A DNA stretch of 64,000 bases from NCBI GenBank assembly GCA_963815195.1, contig CAWFGE010000020.1, forward strand, positions 1 to 64,000, given 5' to 3'. Each line of letters begins with the position of its first letter. Positions within the stretch are counted from its first letter, which is position 1. The stretch comes from an uncultured Planctomycetaceae bacterium. Its GTDB lineage: Bacteria > Planctomycetota > Planctomycetia > Planctomycetales > Planctomycetaceae. The position numbers were made by a program, and so were the translations under genes. Of this stretch, positions 52,526 to 63,669 are shown piece after piece. Under the pieces are notes generated by a model. That model did no database searches. It saw only the letters and a list, made by a program, of their open reading frames with translations, and was not told the DNA's origin.

Positions 52526-53302
52526 TCAGCTGAATTCCGGCCGGCGTTGTCTGAGTTGATCTTTCAACCGGGCGACGATGCTTGAGTGCATCTGGCTGAC
52601 GCGGGATTCGGAGAGACCCAGCGTGTTGCCGATCTCCTTCATCGTCAGTTCTTCATAGTAATAAAGAATGATGATCAGCCGCTCGTTGCGGTTGAGGCCT
52701 TTCGTGACCAGTCGCATCACGTCGCGTTTTTGAATCCCCAGCGTGGGGTCTTCGCCTTTGGAGTCTTCGAGGATGTCGATTTCGCGGACATCCTTGTAGC
52801 TGTCGGTCTCGTACCACTTCTTGTTCAAGCTGACGAGGTTCACCGCGCTGGCTTCGGATTTCAGCTTGTCGAACTCTTCCAGCGAGAGCTTCATCTTGGC
52901 GGCGATCTCGGCGTCGGTCGGCGGGCGGCCGACCTCGGCTTCCACCTGCTTGCGAGCCGCCTCGAGCTTGCTGGCTTTGCTGCGGACGAGCCGGGGCACC
53001 CAGTCCATCGTCCGTAGCTCATCGAGCATCGCGCCGCGGATCCGCGGCACGCAATAGGTTTCAAACTTCACCCCGCGCTCCAGGTCGAACGCGTCGATTG
53101 CGTCCATCAGCCCGAACACGCCCGCGGAGATGAGGTCGTTCATGTCCACGCCTTCCGGCAGCTTGGCCCAGACCTTTTCCGCGTTGTAGCGGACCAAGGG
53201 CAGGTAGCGTTCGATCAGCGCGTTCCGCAGATCCTGATTCGTCTGATCCTGCTTGTACACTTTCCAAGTTTCCGTCACATCTTCGGTGACCCTGGTAGCC
53301 AT
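52526..53302 (-). CDS. fliA: FliA/WhiG family sigma factor
   Basis: DLISAGVFGLMDAI, KFETYCVPRIRGAMLDELRTMDWVPR, LYYYEELTMKEIGNTLGLSESRVSQMH. Confidence 0.95.
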   Translation of the reverse strand: MATRVTEDVTETWKVYKQDQTNQDLRNALIERYLPLVRYNAEKVWAKLPEGVDMNDLISAGVFGLMDAIDAFDLERGVKFETYCVPRIRGAMLDELRTMDWVPRLVRSKASKLEAARKQVEAEVGRPPTDAEIAAKMKLSLEEFDKLKSEASAVNLVSLNKKWYETDSYKDVREIDILEDSKGEDPTLGIQKRDVMRLVTKGLNRNERLIIILYYYEELTMKEIGNTLGLSESRVSQMHSSIVARLKDQLRQRRPEFS

Positions 53303-53349
53303 ACAACCCCTCCATGATGTTTGAGCCGTCCGCCAGGTTGCTCGCGGCA

Positions 53350-53592
53350 TTATGATTCCTTAGTTGATGCAGCTTTGCTTGCCGGGTTGGCTTTGGACAG
53401 CTCGGCGTCGACGCTTTCTTCGACGACCCGCCGGGCCACTTCGCCCATCAACAATCCCAGCCCCCAGAACACCCCGCCGGCGATCAGCGCCAATTGGATC
53501 GTGTCTTCAAACGTCCCGCCCCGCAACATCCCGTCAAAGGCGATGACGGAAAACGCGATGAGGGACAATCGGAGACCGAAGGCCATTGCCAC
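53350..53592 (-). CDS. Small membrane protein upstream of fliA
   Basis: Two hydrophobic helices; within the flagellar cluster. Confidence 0.65.
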   Translation of the reverse strand: MAMAFGLRLSLIAFSVIAFDGMLRGGTFEDTIQLALIAGGVFWGLGLLMGEVARRVVEESVDAELSKANPASKAASTKES

Positions 53593-53943
53593 GGATCAGG
53601 CTCTCCTGCCGGTTCGTCTCGGATGATCGTGCCAAACGTTTCACGGAGGGCTCCAGCGGAGCCGGCCGTGTTCTTAAAATTTATCGACATGTCTTATCCT
53701 GCGAATTGAGATTTTCTTGCCTGATCGGTTCGTTTTGAAAAATGGGCAAAACCGGAAGGGTCAGCGCCATCTTGCCCGATTTGACTCAGGCGATGCTCGA
53801 TAAAACCGGCGAGACAAGACAATCGAAGAAAGGTGAGAAATGTGAGAGTTGAGTGAGTGTGCTTGGCTTCAATTCCCGCGATGTGGTGAGAGGCACATCC
53901 TGGAAACGTTTTACGGTCTGGATCGGAAAAAACGGATCGGGGG

Positions 53944-54834
53944 TCAGGTGAGGATTGGAGACGACGACAAGCCGGGCGTGCGGGCCCGCGGGGAGTGGAT
54001 TGCGGGTTTTTGCCGGCTTTCGCGCTGATGAATCAACCGTCTCGCGAGTTGTTTCAGGGCGAGCGAGGCGGACGAGTGCGGGTGTTCCAGAAGGAACGGT
54101 TTCCGCACGGCGACCGAGGCCGCGACGTGAGAGTCTCGCGGCACCGAACCCGCCAATTCCAAGTCTTTCCGCAAAAACAACCGCGTCGTTTGTTTGAGCC
54201 TTTCGAGAATCTGATCCGTCTGCGAAGCCGACTCGGTCTGATTGATGAGGATTTCCCCATTGGGGCTGTCGAGGGATTTGACGGTGGCGTAGGCATCGGC
54301 GATGGCAGGCAATTCGGGCGTGGTCACGATCAGTACGCGATCCGCCATCTTCAAGAATTGCCGGAGCACACGATGAATGCCGGCACCCAAATCGACGACG
54401 ATAAAATCAAAGTCCTCTTTGAGCCGCCCGATCGCCGCGAAGAGTTCCACGACGGCAGCGGGTTTGTCCGCTTCTTCGGCGAGACTCCCCGCGCCCGGCA
54501 GGATTCTGACGCCCGACGAATGGTCGAGGAGGATTTCGTCCAGTCGGCGGGAGCCGCTGAGGACGTGCGAGAGATTCCAATACCCGTTCAAGCCGCAGAG
54601 CATGTCGATATGCCCTACGCCCCAGTTGGCATCGAGCAAGAGCACCGACTGCTCGGAGCGGGCCAAGGCGATCGCCAGGTTGAGCGCCAGGTTGCTTTTG
54701 CCCACGCCGCCTTTCCCGCTGGTGAGGGTCACGGCAAACGGCCGCTCCGCCGGGGCGGAATGGACCGCCGGCAGCGGCACCGCCGACGCCCGGCGTTCCA
54801 TTAAACCTCGAAGTGCATTGGCTTGATCGTGCAT
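53944..54834 (-). CDS. flhG: FlhG/FleN MinD-like ATPase
   Basis: DQANALR N-terminus, TSGKGGVGKSN, VDLGAGI, TTPELPAIADAYA; follows flhF. Confidence 0.9.
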   Translation of the reverse strand: MHDQANALRGLMERRASAVPLPAVHSAPAERPFAVTLTSGKGGVGKSNLALNLAIALARSEQSVLLLDANWGVGHIDMLCGLNGYWNLSHVLSGSRRLDEILLDHSSGVRILPGAGSLAEEADKPAAVVELFAAIGRLKEDFDFIVVDLGAGIHRVLRQFLKMADRVLIVTTPELPAIADAYATVKSLDSPNGEILINQTESASQTDQILERLKQTTRLFLRKDLELAGSVPRDSHVAASVAVRKPFLLEHPHSSASLALKQLARRLIHQRESRQKPAIHSPRARTPGLSSSPILT

Positions 54835-54876
54835 GGGGATTCGGTTGGGGGGACGAAAAAAGATTAAGATTAAAAA

Positions 54877-56184
54877 TCAGTTGGACATTTTGTCCGTGCC
54901 TAGGATCAGGCGGGCGATGCGGTCGGTGCGGGCGGGTTCGATGTCATTGGGCACATCCTGTCCTGTGGTGATGTAGCTGATGGGGAGCTTCACCTCCTGG
55001 GCCAGCGCGAGCAGATTGCCCAGGCCCGCGGCTTCGTCGAGCTTGGTCAAAATCAGCGAGGTCGCGTTCGCGGTGGCGAATTTCTCGGCCGAGGCCAAGA
55101 GGCTCCTGAGGCTCGATGTCAGGCTGAGCACCAGATGCACTTCGTCCACGCGGGCTTCGACCAGGAGGCGTTTTAATTCCTGGATTTGCAATTCGTCGCG
55201 GGGGCTGCGGCCGGCCGTGTCGATCAGCACGAGATCGAGGCCCACCAGCTCGTCCAAAGCCCGCCGCATTTCCAGCGGGTTGGTGACGACCTTCATCGGC
55301 AGGTCGATAATCTCCGCATACGTGCGAAGCTGCTCGACCGCGGCGATGCGGTAGGTGTCCACCGTCACCAGGCCCATCTTCACTTGATTCCGCAAGCGAA
55401 AGTTGGCCGCAAGCTTGGCGATGGTTGTGGTCTTGCCCACGCCGGTCGCCCCGATGAGCGCGACGACTTTCCGTTTGCCCGCGGTGAGTTGGATCGGCCC
55501 GCCCGCTGAGATGTTTTGCTCCACGAGCGCCGTCAAAAAGGCTTTGAGGGCCGCGGGATCGCCGAGTTGGGCCGGCGTGCACTCGGCTTTCAAGCGGCCG
55601 ATCAAATCGCGGGCGATGTCCTTCGGCACTTCTTCGTCCAACAGATTTTGATAAACCGCCTGGAGCGATGCCGGCAGTTCCTCCTCGGCTTTGGGGGCCG
55701 GCTTGGATCGGTCGCTCAATTTCAAGCCCAACTGCTCGAGCATGCTTTGAATGGATTCCACTTGCCGGGCGAGTTCCAGGATGGACTGATCGCCCGGCGG
55801 TTGCGAAGCGGCCGGTTGAATTTGGCGGGGTGGAATCTCGGCGGTTTCAGGCATCGCCGCGGAACGAAACGCCGCGGGTTGCCGGGGCGGTTGGGATAAT
55901 TCCAATGACACGCCGGCTTCCGCGGCACGCGCAAGGCCTGATGAGGAACGGGACTCCGCCGGCACCCGTGGCGAAATCGGCCGCGCGGGCTGGCTGTGCG
56001 AGCGGACGTTGATCCCGACGCCCGCGGTGATTTCCACTTCATCCGGGGCATGCTGCCACGGCAGCAGGCGTTTGCCGGGGATTTGCCGGGTGTGCAAAAT
56101 GACGGCTTCCGGCCCCAATTCCGTTTTGACAATCTCCAGCGCTTCCCGCATCGATTGGGCGCGAAAGGTCTTTACATCCGTCAT
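54877..56184 (-). CDS. flhF: Flagellar biosynthesis GTPase FlhF
   Basis: KTFRAQSMREAL, GATGVGKTTTIAKLAA, DTYRIAAVEQL, DTAGRS, TKLDE, GQDVPND. Confidence 0.95.
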   Translation of the reverse strand: MTDVKTFRAQSMREALEIVKTELGPEAVILHTRQIPGKRLLPWQHAPDEVEITAGVGINVRSHSQPARPISPRVPAESRSSSGLARAAEAGVSLELSQPPRQPAAFRSAAMPETAEIPPRQIQPAASQPPGDQSILELARQVESIQSMLEQLGLKLSDRSKPAPKAEEELPASLQAVYQNLLDEEVPKDIARDLIGRLKAECTPAQLGDPAALKAFLTALVEQNISAGGPIQLTAGKRKVVALIGATGVGKTTTIAKLAANFRLRNQVKMGLVTVDTYRIAAVEQLRTYAEIIDLPMKVVTNPLEMRRALDELVGLDLVLIDTAGRSPRDELQIQELKRLLVEARVDEVHLVLSLTSSLRSLLASAEKFATANATSLILTKLDEAAGLGNLLALAQEVKLPISYITTGQDVPNDIEPARTDRIARLILGTDKMSN

Positions 56185-56236
56185 GGGTTGGTTCCTGGGT
56201 TGGTCAAACATTGCTTATCGCTTTGATGTTCCTGAG

Positions 56237-58363
56237 TCAGGCTGCGCCGCTTGCAACCGGTTCGGGCGGCCGGACGGAGTCGGCACTCACCTGCCCCAGC
56301 GATTCGAGCACCGTGTCCCGCGTGATTTCATTCGTGCTTAACACCGCCAACCGGGGCAGGCGGGTTTCCGTCAGCATCTTGAGCCCCCGGCGGATCACCG
56401 GATGGCAGAGGATGACCTGGTCGTAACCGCGGATCACGAGCTTCTCCAATTCCTTGTCCAAGGCTTTGAGAAACCGCTCGCTGATGACCGGCGAGAGGTG
56501 CAGGCTCAAGTCCACGTGCTCGGTTTGTTTCATGCTGCCTTGGAACACCGTTTCGATGGCCGGGTCGAGCGTAATCACGTGCAGCACGCCGTTTTGATCG
56601 CGGTACTTCTGACAAATGGTCCGCATCAACGCGTGCCGGGTGTATTCGGTGAGCAGGTCCAAATCCTGCGTGCGGGCCGCGTAATTTCCCAGGGCGGTCA
56701 AAATCGTTTCCAAGTCGCGGATCGGCACCTGCTCGCTGAGCAGATTGCACAGAACCTGGTGCACCTGGGCGACTTTCAAGGGTTCGGGAATGAGTTCCTC
56801 AACGGTCTTGGGAGCGACCTTCTTCAGGTTTTCAATGAGCACGTGCACCTGCTCGCGGGTCAAGAGCTCCGCTCCGTGGTTCCGCACGATTTCCATGATG
56901 TGCGTCATCACGACCGAAGCGGGATCGATCACCTGATAGCCCATGAGTTGGGCGCGTTCCTTGTCTTTGGTTTCGATCCACAGGGCCTTGGTGCCGTAGA
57001 GTGGTTCGACGGTTTCCAAGCCGGGCACGCGCCCCGTGACCCCGCCTTTGTCCAAGGCCAATTGGCCCGTGGGGATGACTTCACCCTGGGCGATGGGCGC
57101 GCCGCGGAGCTTGAGTTGATAGGTGCTGGGCCTTAGGAGCATGTTATCGCGGATGCGGACGTTGGGCATGATGACGCCGAGTTCGTGGGCGAGCGCATGC
57201 CGGGCTTCAATGATCCGCTCGAGCAACTCGCCCCCGTGGTGGGGGTCGACGAGGCGGATCAATTCGCCGCTCAAATCGAGTTCCAAGGGATCGATTTGCA
57301 GATTGTTTTCGGGTTTCTCGTCTTCTTTTCGCTTGGCGGCGGCTTGCTCGTTTTGTTGGCGTTCTTCTTGGACCGTTTCGGCTTTGCGGGAGCGAAGCAG
57401 ATTCCAGCCGGTCGCTCCGCAGCCCGCCGAGAGCAACAGCAGCGGCACCATCGGCAATCCCGTGGTCGCCAGGACCAACAGAAAACCCGCGGAGAGCAGC
57501 ATCGCTTCGGGATGCCCAAAGAGTTGCCCCAGCACCTCGCGCGGCAAGTCGCTGTCCGCGGAGGTCCGCGTGACGATCAAACCCGCAGCCAAGGAGATCA
57601 AAAAGCCAGGGACCTGCGAGACCAAACCGTCGCCGATCGTCAATGTGGTAAAGACTTTGACGGCTTCGACAAAGGGCATGCCGTGCTCGACCATCCCCAC
57701 ATAAAGCCCGCCGATGATGTTGATCAGCGTGATGATAATCCCGGCGATGGCGTCGCCCCGCACGAATTTGCTGGCCCCGTCCATCGCTCCGTAGAAGTCG
57801 GCCTGCTCGGTGATTTCCTCCCGCCGTTTTTTGGCTTCGTCCTGCGTGATGAGGCCGGCATTCATGTCGGCGTCGATCGCCATCTGCTTGCCGGGCATGC
57901 CGTCCAATGCAAACCGGGCGGTGACTTCGCTGATCCGCGTGGCGCCTTTGGTGATCACCACGAACTGAATCACGATCAAGATGATAAAGATAATCAGCCC
58001 GACGACGATATTGTCGCCCGAAACAAACTGCCCGAAGGCTTCGATCACGCCGCCGGCCGCGCGGGTTCCATATTCCTTGGCTCCAGTGAGGATCAGCCGC
58101 GTGGAGGCGACATTGAGCACCAGCCGCACCAGCGTCGTGCCCAGGAGAATCGTGGGGAACACGCTGAACTCCAGCGGCCGGGTGACGTAGATCGTCGTCA
58201 GCAGAATCACCACGGCGATCGTCACGTTGCAGGCTAAGAGCAGGTCCATCACCGCCGGCGGCAAAGGTGCGACCAAGATCAGCACCGCCGCTACGATGAG
58301 CACGGGGAACACCAGTCCCCGGTTGTGCGCAACAGCTGCGCACCAACCGACCGTTGCCGGCAT
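56237..58363 (-). CDS. flhA: Flagellar export protein FlhA
   Basis: FVVITKGATRISEVTARFALDGMPGKQMAIDAD, FYGAMDGASKFVRGDAIAG, TIGDGLVSQ. Confidence 0.96.
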   Translation of the reverse strand: MPATVGWCAAVAHNRGLVFPVLIVAAVLILVAPLPPAVMDLLLACNVTIAVVILLTTIYVTRPLEFSVFPTILLGTTLVRLVLNVASTRLILTGAKEYGTRAAGGVIEAFGQFVSGDNIVVGLIIFIILIVIQFVVITKGATRISEVTARFALDGMPGKQMAIDADMNAGLITQDEAKKRREEITEQADFYGAMDGASKFVRGDAIAGIIITLINIIGGLYVGMVEHGMPFVEAVKVFTTLTIGDGLVSQVPGFLISLAAGLIVTRTSADSDLPREVLGQLFGHPEAMLLSAGFLLVLATTGLPMVPLLLLSAGCGATGWNLLRSRKAETVQEERQQNEQAAAKRKEDEKPENNLQIDPLELDLSGELIRLVDPHHGGELLERIIEARHALAHELGVIMPNVRIRDNMLLRPSTYQLKLRGAPIAQGEVIPTGQLALDKGGVTGRVPGLETVEPLYGTKALWIETKDKERAQLMGYQVIDPASVVMTHIMEIVRNHGAELLTREQVHVLIENLKKVAPKTVEELIPEPLKVAQVHQVLCNLLSEQVPIRDLETILTALGNYAARTQDLDLLTEYTRHALMRTICQKYRDQNGVLHVITLDPAIETVFQGSMKQTEHVDLSLHLSPVISERFLKALDKELEKLVIRGYDQVILCHPVIRRGLKMLTETRLPRLAVLSTNEITRDTVLESLGQVSADSVRPPEPVASGAA

Positions 58364-58693
58364 GACGTGACTCCGGAACGCCCCCGCAGGCAGGCCTTGC
58401 CTTAGGGCAGCCGCCGGGCGTGGGTTTCGTTGTGAAGGGGTGAGATTTGAGAAATGAGTGAGAGGGCCGCTATTTAGTGAAAAATATCCGGCGTGTCCAG
58501 ATAGATTTCAGAATGTTTCGCAATTCGCCGAAGGCGGGGCAAGACGGGCGCACCGCCAGAATCGCAGGGGCGGCTCGGACATGCCTCTGTGCCCGAGCGA
58601 TTGTCGTTTTTACAACCGGATGAATCCTTGCCCTTCAAGACGCGAAAGCGAATGATGCCAGCGACATCGAAATGCCGGAGGCTCTGTCGCGGC

Positions 58694-59728
58694 CTAAGGA
58701 TGACTCCACACCGTGTTCCCCGGCGTCGTCAAGTCAACACTCCACAGCGTGCCGCCGGCGGTGATGTAGAGAGTCTTGAAATCCTGGCCGCCGAAGGCGC
58801 AGTTGGTGACTTCATCTTTGGGGATGGGGATAAACGCCAATTGATCGCCTTGGGGGGAGAAGACGTAGATGCCCGCCGTGGGTTGTTTCGCGGTTTCGTA
58901 GGGCGGGTGGGGTTTGTTGAGGCCGGCGGCGACATAAAGCCGGCCTTTGGTATCCAGTTTCATGCCGTCGGGGCCGCGGGTGGTTTTCCAATCGTGGATC
59001 AGCGTTTGACTTCCGGGCTTGACAGTGCCTTTGGGCGTGAGCTCGAACCGCCAGAGTTTTCGCGCACCGCCTTTGGTGTTGTTGTTATTGTCGGCGACGT
59101 AGAGATAGCGGTCGTCGGGGGTGATCACCAAGCCGTTCGGGCGGTCCACTTCGTGGGTGATGATCCGCGCGACGGTGCCGTCGGGATCGATGCGGTACAC
59201 GCCTTCGACTTTTTTGCCGTCGGCATCGAGCATTTCCATTTTGCCGCGGTCGCCATACTGGGGATCGGAGAAATAAATTCGCCCGCGGGAGTCCATCGTC
59301 AGGTCGTTGGGCTGATTGAACTTTTGCCCGTGATAGTGGTAGGCGAGCCCGGTGAGTGTGCCGTCTTTCTCCATGCGGGTGATCCGCCGCCGGACCGCTT
59401 CGCAGATCACCAATCGGCCCTCGCGGTCGAACATCAATCCGTTGGAGCCGTAGTTTCTGCGGAAGATGCTTTGCTTGCCGTCCAAATCCCGCCGCATGAT
59501 GTGCCCGTCGCCGCTGGTGAGTAACCCCACCTGCGGATGCCAAACCGGGCCTTCGCCCGCCCCGGTGGTCTGAAGCAGCTTGGGCTTCGCACCGGGAGCC
59601 AGGATCGCCTCGTCCGCTGCCGCGGTCGAAAAACAACACAACACACAAAGCACGAACGCCGCTGCGCCCCAGGTGGCCACTCGCAAAAGCCGCCTGCGGG
59701 AAGATTTTGGAACCAGGTTTTTGGGCAT
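58694..59728 (-). CDS. SMP-30/gluconolactonase family protein
   Basis: EGPVW, SNGL, FNQPND, IYFSDP, RPNGL, GPDGM, TNCAFGG. Confidence 0.92.
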   Translation of the reverse strand: MPKNLVPKSSRRRLLRVATWGAAAFVLCVLCCFSTAAADEAILAPGAKPKLLQTTGAGEGPVWHPQVGLLTSGDGHIMRRDLDGKQSIFRRNYGSNGLMFDREGRLVICEAVRRRITRMEKDGTLTGLAYHYHGQKFNQPNDLTMDSRGRIYFSDPQYGDRGKMEMLDADGKKVEGVYRIDPDGTVARIITHEVDRPNGLVITPDDRYLYVADNNNNTKGGARKLWRFELTPKGTVKPGSQTLIHDWKTTRGPDGMKLDTKGRLYVAAGLNKPHPPYETAKQPTAGIYVFSPQGDQLAFIPIPKDEVTNCAFGGQDFKTLYITAGGTLWSVDLTTPGNTVWSHP

Positions 59729-59892
59729 CGCAAGAATCCTCAAATGGAAGTTACTTTTTGAATTTCTTGGCCTGGGCGATCAACGTTTGGAGAATGGTCT
59801 TCGTGGTGTTGGAATCCAATATTTCGATCGATTCAAACGCCAACGCACAAAACGCCAAGGAACTTTTCCGAAGTCCGCCAACGCGCCGAGAA

Positions 59893-60804
59893 TCACCCCA
59901 ACTGCTCGAGGGGGCAGGCTTTCGTCGCGACGGCGGCCGCGCCGACCGGGTGATATTGCAGCGTCATCTGGCGGTTTTCGATGGTGACCCCCGTGTAGCC
60001 CGGGCGGAATTCGGGCAGGTTGTAGCCGGGGGCGTTCTGGGCTTCGAGGCGGCGGTCCCGATTGTAGAGCACCGAGGGAAACGAGATTTCCTGGACCGGG
60101 GCATGATCGTCCCAACCGCGGACCCCGTTGTGAAAATGCCCGTGCAAGAGGCACAGCACCCGCTCGTTGTGCTTTTGAAGAATCTCGTAAAGCTCCGTTT
60201 GCCCGTTGGCGGGTTTGACGTACCAGCCGCGGTCGGGATGCCGATTCGTATGCGCCGGGACGTGCATGCAGAGGGCGAGGAATTTCCCATCCCGGCGGGC
60301 TTGTTCGCATTGCTCTGTGATCCATGCCAGTTGGGACTTCGATAAAAATCCATCGTGCGAATCGGTGCGGGCGTTGTTCAAGAGCAGAAACCGGAGCCAC
60401 TCGAGATCGACTGTGGTGTCCACGGGTTTGCGGATGTGTTTTTCAAAGAGTTCCTGCGGATCGTGGTTGCCGGGGATTTCATAAATCGGCTGCGGGAGGG
60501 ATTCGCGGATTTTGAGATAAACCGGATACTCGGCTTCGCGTCCGCCGTCCACGACGTCCCCCAGATGCAGCACCAGCTTGGCGGGCGACTTGGCGATTTC
60601 CGCCGCGGCTTTCTGCCACTGCTTCGCGGCCGCGGTGTTGTCGCGGTATCCCAAATGCGTATCGCTCACAACGAGAAACGACAGCTTGGGGAGCGTTTTC
60701 TCCGCCGCCAGCAAACACCCCGGCCGCACCACGAGCGCCGCGCCCCAGCCCGTCACCTGCAAAAACCGCCTGCGGGAAGCGTTCTGAATCGGTTGATTGT
60801 GCAT
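59893..60804 (-). CDS. Tat-exported metallophosphoesterase
   Basis: SRRRFL, SDTH, GDVVD, PGNHD, HGHFH. Confidence 0.9.
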   Translation of the reverse strand: MHNQPIQNASRRRFLQVTGWGAALVVRPGCLLAAEKTLPKLSFLVVSDTHLGYRDNTAAAKQWQKAAAEIAKSPAKLVLHLGDVVDGGREAEYPVYLKIRESLPQPIYEIPGNHDPQELFEKHIRKPVDTTVDLEWLRFLLLNNARTDSHDGFLSKSQLAWITEQCEQARRDGKFLALCMHVPAHTNRHPDRGWYVKPANGQTELYEILQKHNERVLCLLHGHFHNGVRGWDDHAPVQEISFPSVLYNRDRRLEAQNAPGYNLPEFRPGYTGVTIENRQMTLQYHPVGAAAVATKACPLEQLG

Positions 60805-61219
60805 CGCACGAATGCTCCAATGGAGGAACGTTATTTGCTAATTTCCACTGATAATGAAAGATCAGCACAAATTCGCGAAGTTTCGTGTTCCTCAAAATTG
60901 TTTGCTAAGGGGAAGACATTTTTTACCCAAATGCCCATGCACCCGAACACCAACGGAATGATTATTTTTCGATCCGTCGCGGATTCCACAAAGGAACTCC
61001 ATCAATTCTGCCGGCAGGAACTGGCTGCGTCCAGGAAATTTTCCGCAAAATCCAGGATCGGGGAAACTGCCGAATTGTGTTCCCTTGCGTCACGGGTCCG
61101 GCCCTCTATAATTTTGATGGAACGTAACTTTCCTGATCGCAGCATGGGCGAACCCTCCATTCCCTCTAATCGTCCCTGCCGCGTTTTCCTTCCGCTCTTT
61201 TCCTCCCCGAGAGGCCAAA

Positions 61220-61768
61220 ATGCGTGAATGGTTTCGCAATGTGTTCGTGACGGTTTGGACGGTGATGTACGGGATGTGGATCACGCTCCGCACCTGGTTC
61301 AAAACCTACAACCGCCGGACCTTCACCGAAGTTTACGAATACCCCGAAGTCCCCGCTCCGGTCAAACCGCGCTACCGAGGGTTTCACCGTTTCGATTTGA
61401 CCGTCTGCATCGGTTGCGAAAAATGCGCGGCCGCCTGCCCCATCGACTGCATCTATATCGAGAAGGAAAAAAGTCCGGTCGGCAAAGGCTTTCGTGTTGA
61501 CACCTTCACCATCGACTATACAAAGTGCATGTTTTGTGCCTTGTGTGTGGAGCCTTGCCCGGTGGACTGCATTTTCATGGGGTCAAATCACGATCTGAGT
61601 TGTTATAGCCGCGATGGTTGCATCGTGGATTATGCGAAACTGCCGCTGCAAGTGGCCTGGGGGCAAAACACCCTCAATCCGACCGCGGTGGCGGAATCGA
61701 AAGTTTTGTACGAACCGGTTTGGGTCAAGGGCGAACCAAGCCCCTTTGAATACAGTTCGGAATCGTAA
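61220..61768 (+). CDS. nuoI: NADH-quinone oxidoreductase subunit I
   Basis: YPE...[30 protein letters not shown]. Confidence 0.92.
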   Translation: MREWFRNVFVTVWTVMYGMWITLRTWFKTYNRRTFTEVYEYPEVPAPVKPRYRGFHRFDLTVCIGCEKCAAACPIDCIYIEKEKSPVGKGFRVDTFTIDYTKCMFCALCVEPCPVDCIFMGSNHDLSCYSRDGCIVDYAKLPLQVAWGQNTLNPTAVAESKVLYEPVWVKGEPSPFEYSSES

Positions 61769-61872
61769 GGATTCAGGTTCCCGCGGGCCGAGGATTTCTT
61801 GTCGGTGACCAATTGCAAACTGCAGTCCCGCAGCTTGTTCCCACGCCCACCCATTACGAAAGGGGAAATGCC

Positions 61873-62352
61873 ATGACGACCGCTTCGCGAAAACGGCTGT
61901 TCACCGTTGAGGAAGCCAACCAGCGTTTGCCCTTGGTGCGGCTGATTGTGACCGACATCGTCAAACTCTACGAAGACGTTCAGCAACGGCGGGAACGGCT
62001 GAGCCACATCCGCCGGTCGCCCGCGAGCCACAAACAGGCACCGACCTTGTACAGCGAAGAAGTCCAACAGATTGAAGAAGAGTTGGAAAAGGACATCGAA
62101 CGTTTGGAGGAGTTCGCCAACGAACTCGAGGACTTGGGCGTGGAGCTCAAAGACCCCGTGCAGGGACTGGTGGATTTCCGCTCGATCATGGACGGCCGGC
62201 AGGTTTATCTCTGCTGGAAGCTCGGCGAAGAGGAAATCACCCACTGGCACGAATTGAACACGGGCTTCCAGGGCCGGCAGTCGCTGCTCGAAGACTCGGT
62301 GTTCGGCGACGGCAGCCTGGACGAAGATGTCCCTTCAACCGATGGAGAGTGA
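61873..62352 (+). CDS. DUF2203 domain protein
   Basis: FTVEEANQRLPLV, LGVELKD..QGLVDF, YLCWKLGE..I.HWH...GF.GR. Confidence 0.9.
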   Translation: MTTASRKRLFTVEEANQRLPLVRLIVTDIVKLYEDVQQRRERLSHIRRSPASHKQAPTLYSEEVQQIEEELEKDIERLEEFANELEDLGVELKDPVQGLVDFRSIMDGRQVYLCWKLGEEEITHWHELNTGFQGRQSLLEDSVFGDGSLDEDVPSTDGE

Positions 62353-62472
62353 GTCTGCTGCAGCCCGCAGCGCAAGCAAGGGTTTTTCAGAACGTGTGTC
62401 CCTCGCTGGCACGTCGGGATAGTTTGACATTCATTCGGCCGGCCGGGAATTACAGATTACGGGAATTTGATT

Positions 62473-63048
62473 ATGGTCGATCTCGTCGGGCATTTTTTAT
62501 TGTTTATGGTGGCGGCCATCGGGTTTTTGATGGTGCCTCTGCTGATCGGGAAATTCGTTCGCCCCAAACTGCCCACGCCGGAAAAAGACGCCATCTACGA
62601 ATGCGGCGAACCGACCATCGGCACCAGCTACGTCCAGTTCGACCTCAGGTTTTACGTGGTCGCGTTGCTGTTCATCATTTTTGATGTGGAAGTGGCGTTC
62701 TTCTTCCCCTGGGCGACGATTTACGGGGCGTCCATCCAACTGGCCGACCCCAACCTCAGCGATGCCGCCCGCACCGCCTTGAGCGAATCGCTGCTGGGCA
62801 CGCTGGCCGGCACCGGGCAGGCCATTTCCGCCGAACTGGCCCACACGATCGCCTTGTTCGGGTTCGTGGACATTCTGGTGTTCTTCGGCGTGCTGTTGGT
62901 GGGATTTGCCTACGTCTGGAAGCGGGGCGATTTGGATTGGGTCCGCGCGGTCGCCGAGCAAGCCAAGAAAGCCGCCGCCCGCCCGCGAACGCCCCACCAC
63001 GTCCACCCTTCACCTCCGACGAAGCCCCAAGAACCCGTGGGGGTTTAA
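62473..63048 (+). CDS. nuoA: NADH-quinone oxidoreductase subunit A
   Basis: YECGE, FYVVALLFIIFDVEVAFFFPWA, AYVWKRGDLDW. Confidence 0.94.
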   Translation: MVDLVGHFLLFMVAAIGFLMVPLLIGKFVRPKLPTPEKDAIYECGEPTIGTSYVQFDLRFYVVALLFIIFDVEVAFFFPWATIYGASIQLADPNLSDAARTALSESLLGTLAGTGQAISAELAHTIALFGFVDILVFFGVLLVGFAYVWKRGDLDWVRAVAEQAKKAAARPRTPHHVHPSPPTKPQEPVGV

Positions 63049-63078
63049 TGTTTTTCCTTTGAAGCACGGGAGAGTGTC

Positions 63079-63633
63079 ATGAAATTCCTGCCAGTCGTTT
63101 TCGTAACCTTGGCCATCACCGCCACGGGGTTTGCCATTCCCCATCGCTCTTTTTCGGACGGGACGCAGGAGAGAATCGAAGCTCCAAAGCCCATTGCCAT
63201 CAGCATCGATGATTTGGCGGTTCCCATCAAAAGCCGGTCGGAATTTCAGGAATCGAAAATTCCCAAAAAGATTTTGGAGCTTAACGGCAAACGAGTGCGG
63301 CTGATCGGGCAGATGTATTTCCCCGTTATCCCTGCTGTGGAGATGAAGGAATTCGTGTTCAATGGAGATACGGAACAGAAAACCTGTAACGGCTTCACGT
63401 CGCGGTCCGCAATTCCCCTCCAGCACATGATTAAGGTCCAAATGAAAGATGGGGCCGCAATCAAGTCCACTACCGGAACGATTGAAGTCATTGGCCGTTT
63501 GCGGGTCAAAGTGGAGCGATCAAAAAATGAAATCCTGTTTATCTACAAAATTGAAGATGCCACGGTTCGGCCGGGGGAGCGTGAGGAGGGATTTCAACCG
63601 TCCCTGCTGAGTTTGCCCATCATTACATGTTAA
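63079..63633 (+). CDS. DUF3299-like exported protein
   Basis: Signal peptide; ILELNGKRVRLIGQMY.P, EFV, I.V.GRL.V, YKIEDA. Confidence 0.6.
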   Translation: MKFLPVVFVTLAITATGFAIPHRSFSDGTQERIEAPKPIAISIDDLAVPIKSRSEFQESKIPKKILELNGKRVRLIGQMYFPVIPAVEMKEFVFNGDTEQKTCNGFTSRSAIPLQHMIKVQMKDGAAIKSTTGTIEVIGRLRVKVERSKNEILFIYKIEDATVRPGEREEGFQPSLLSLPIITC

Positions 63634-63669
63634 ACAGACTAGCCCAGTTGGTTTAGAAACCTGTACCCT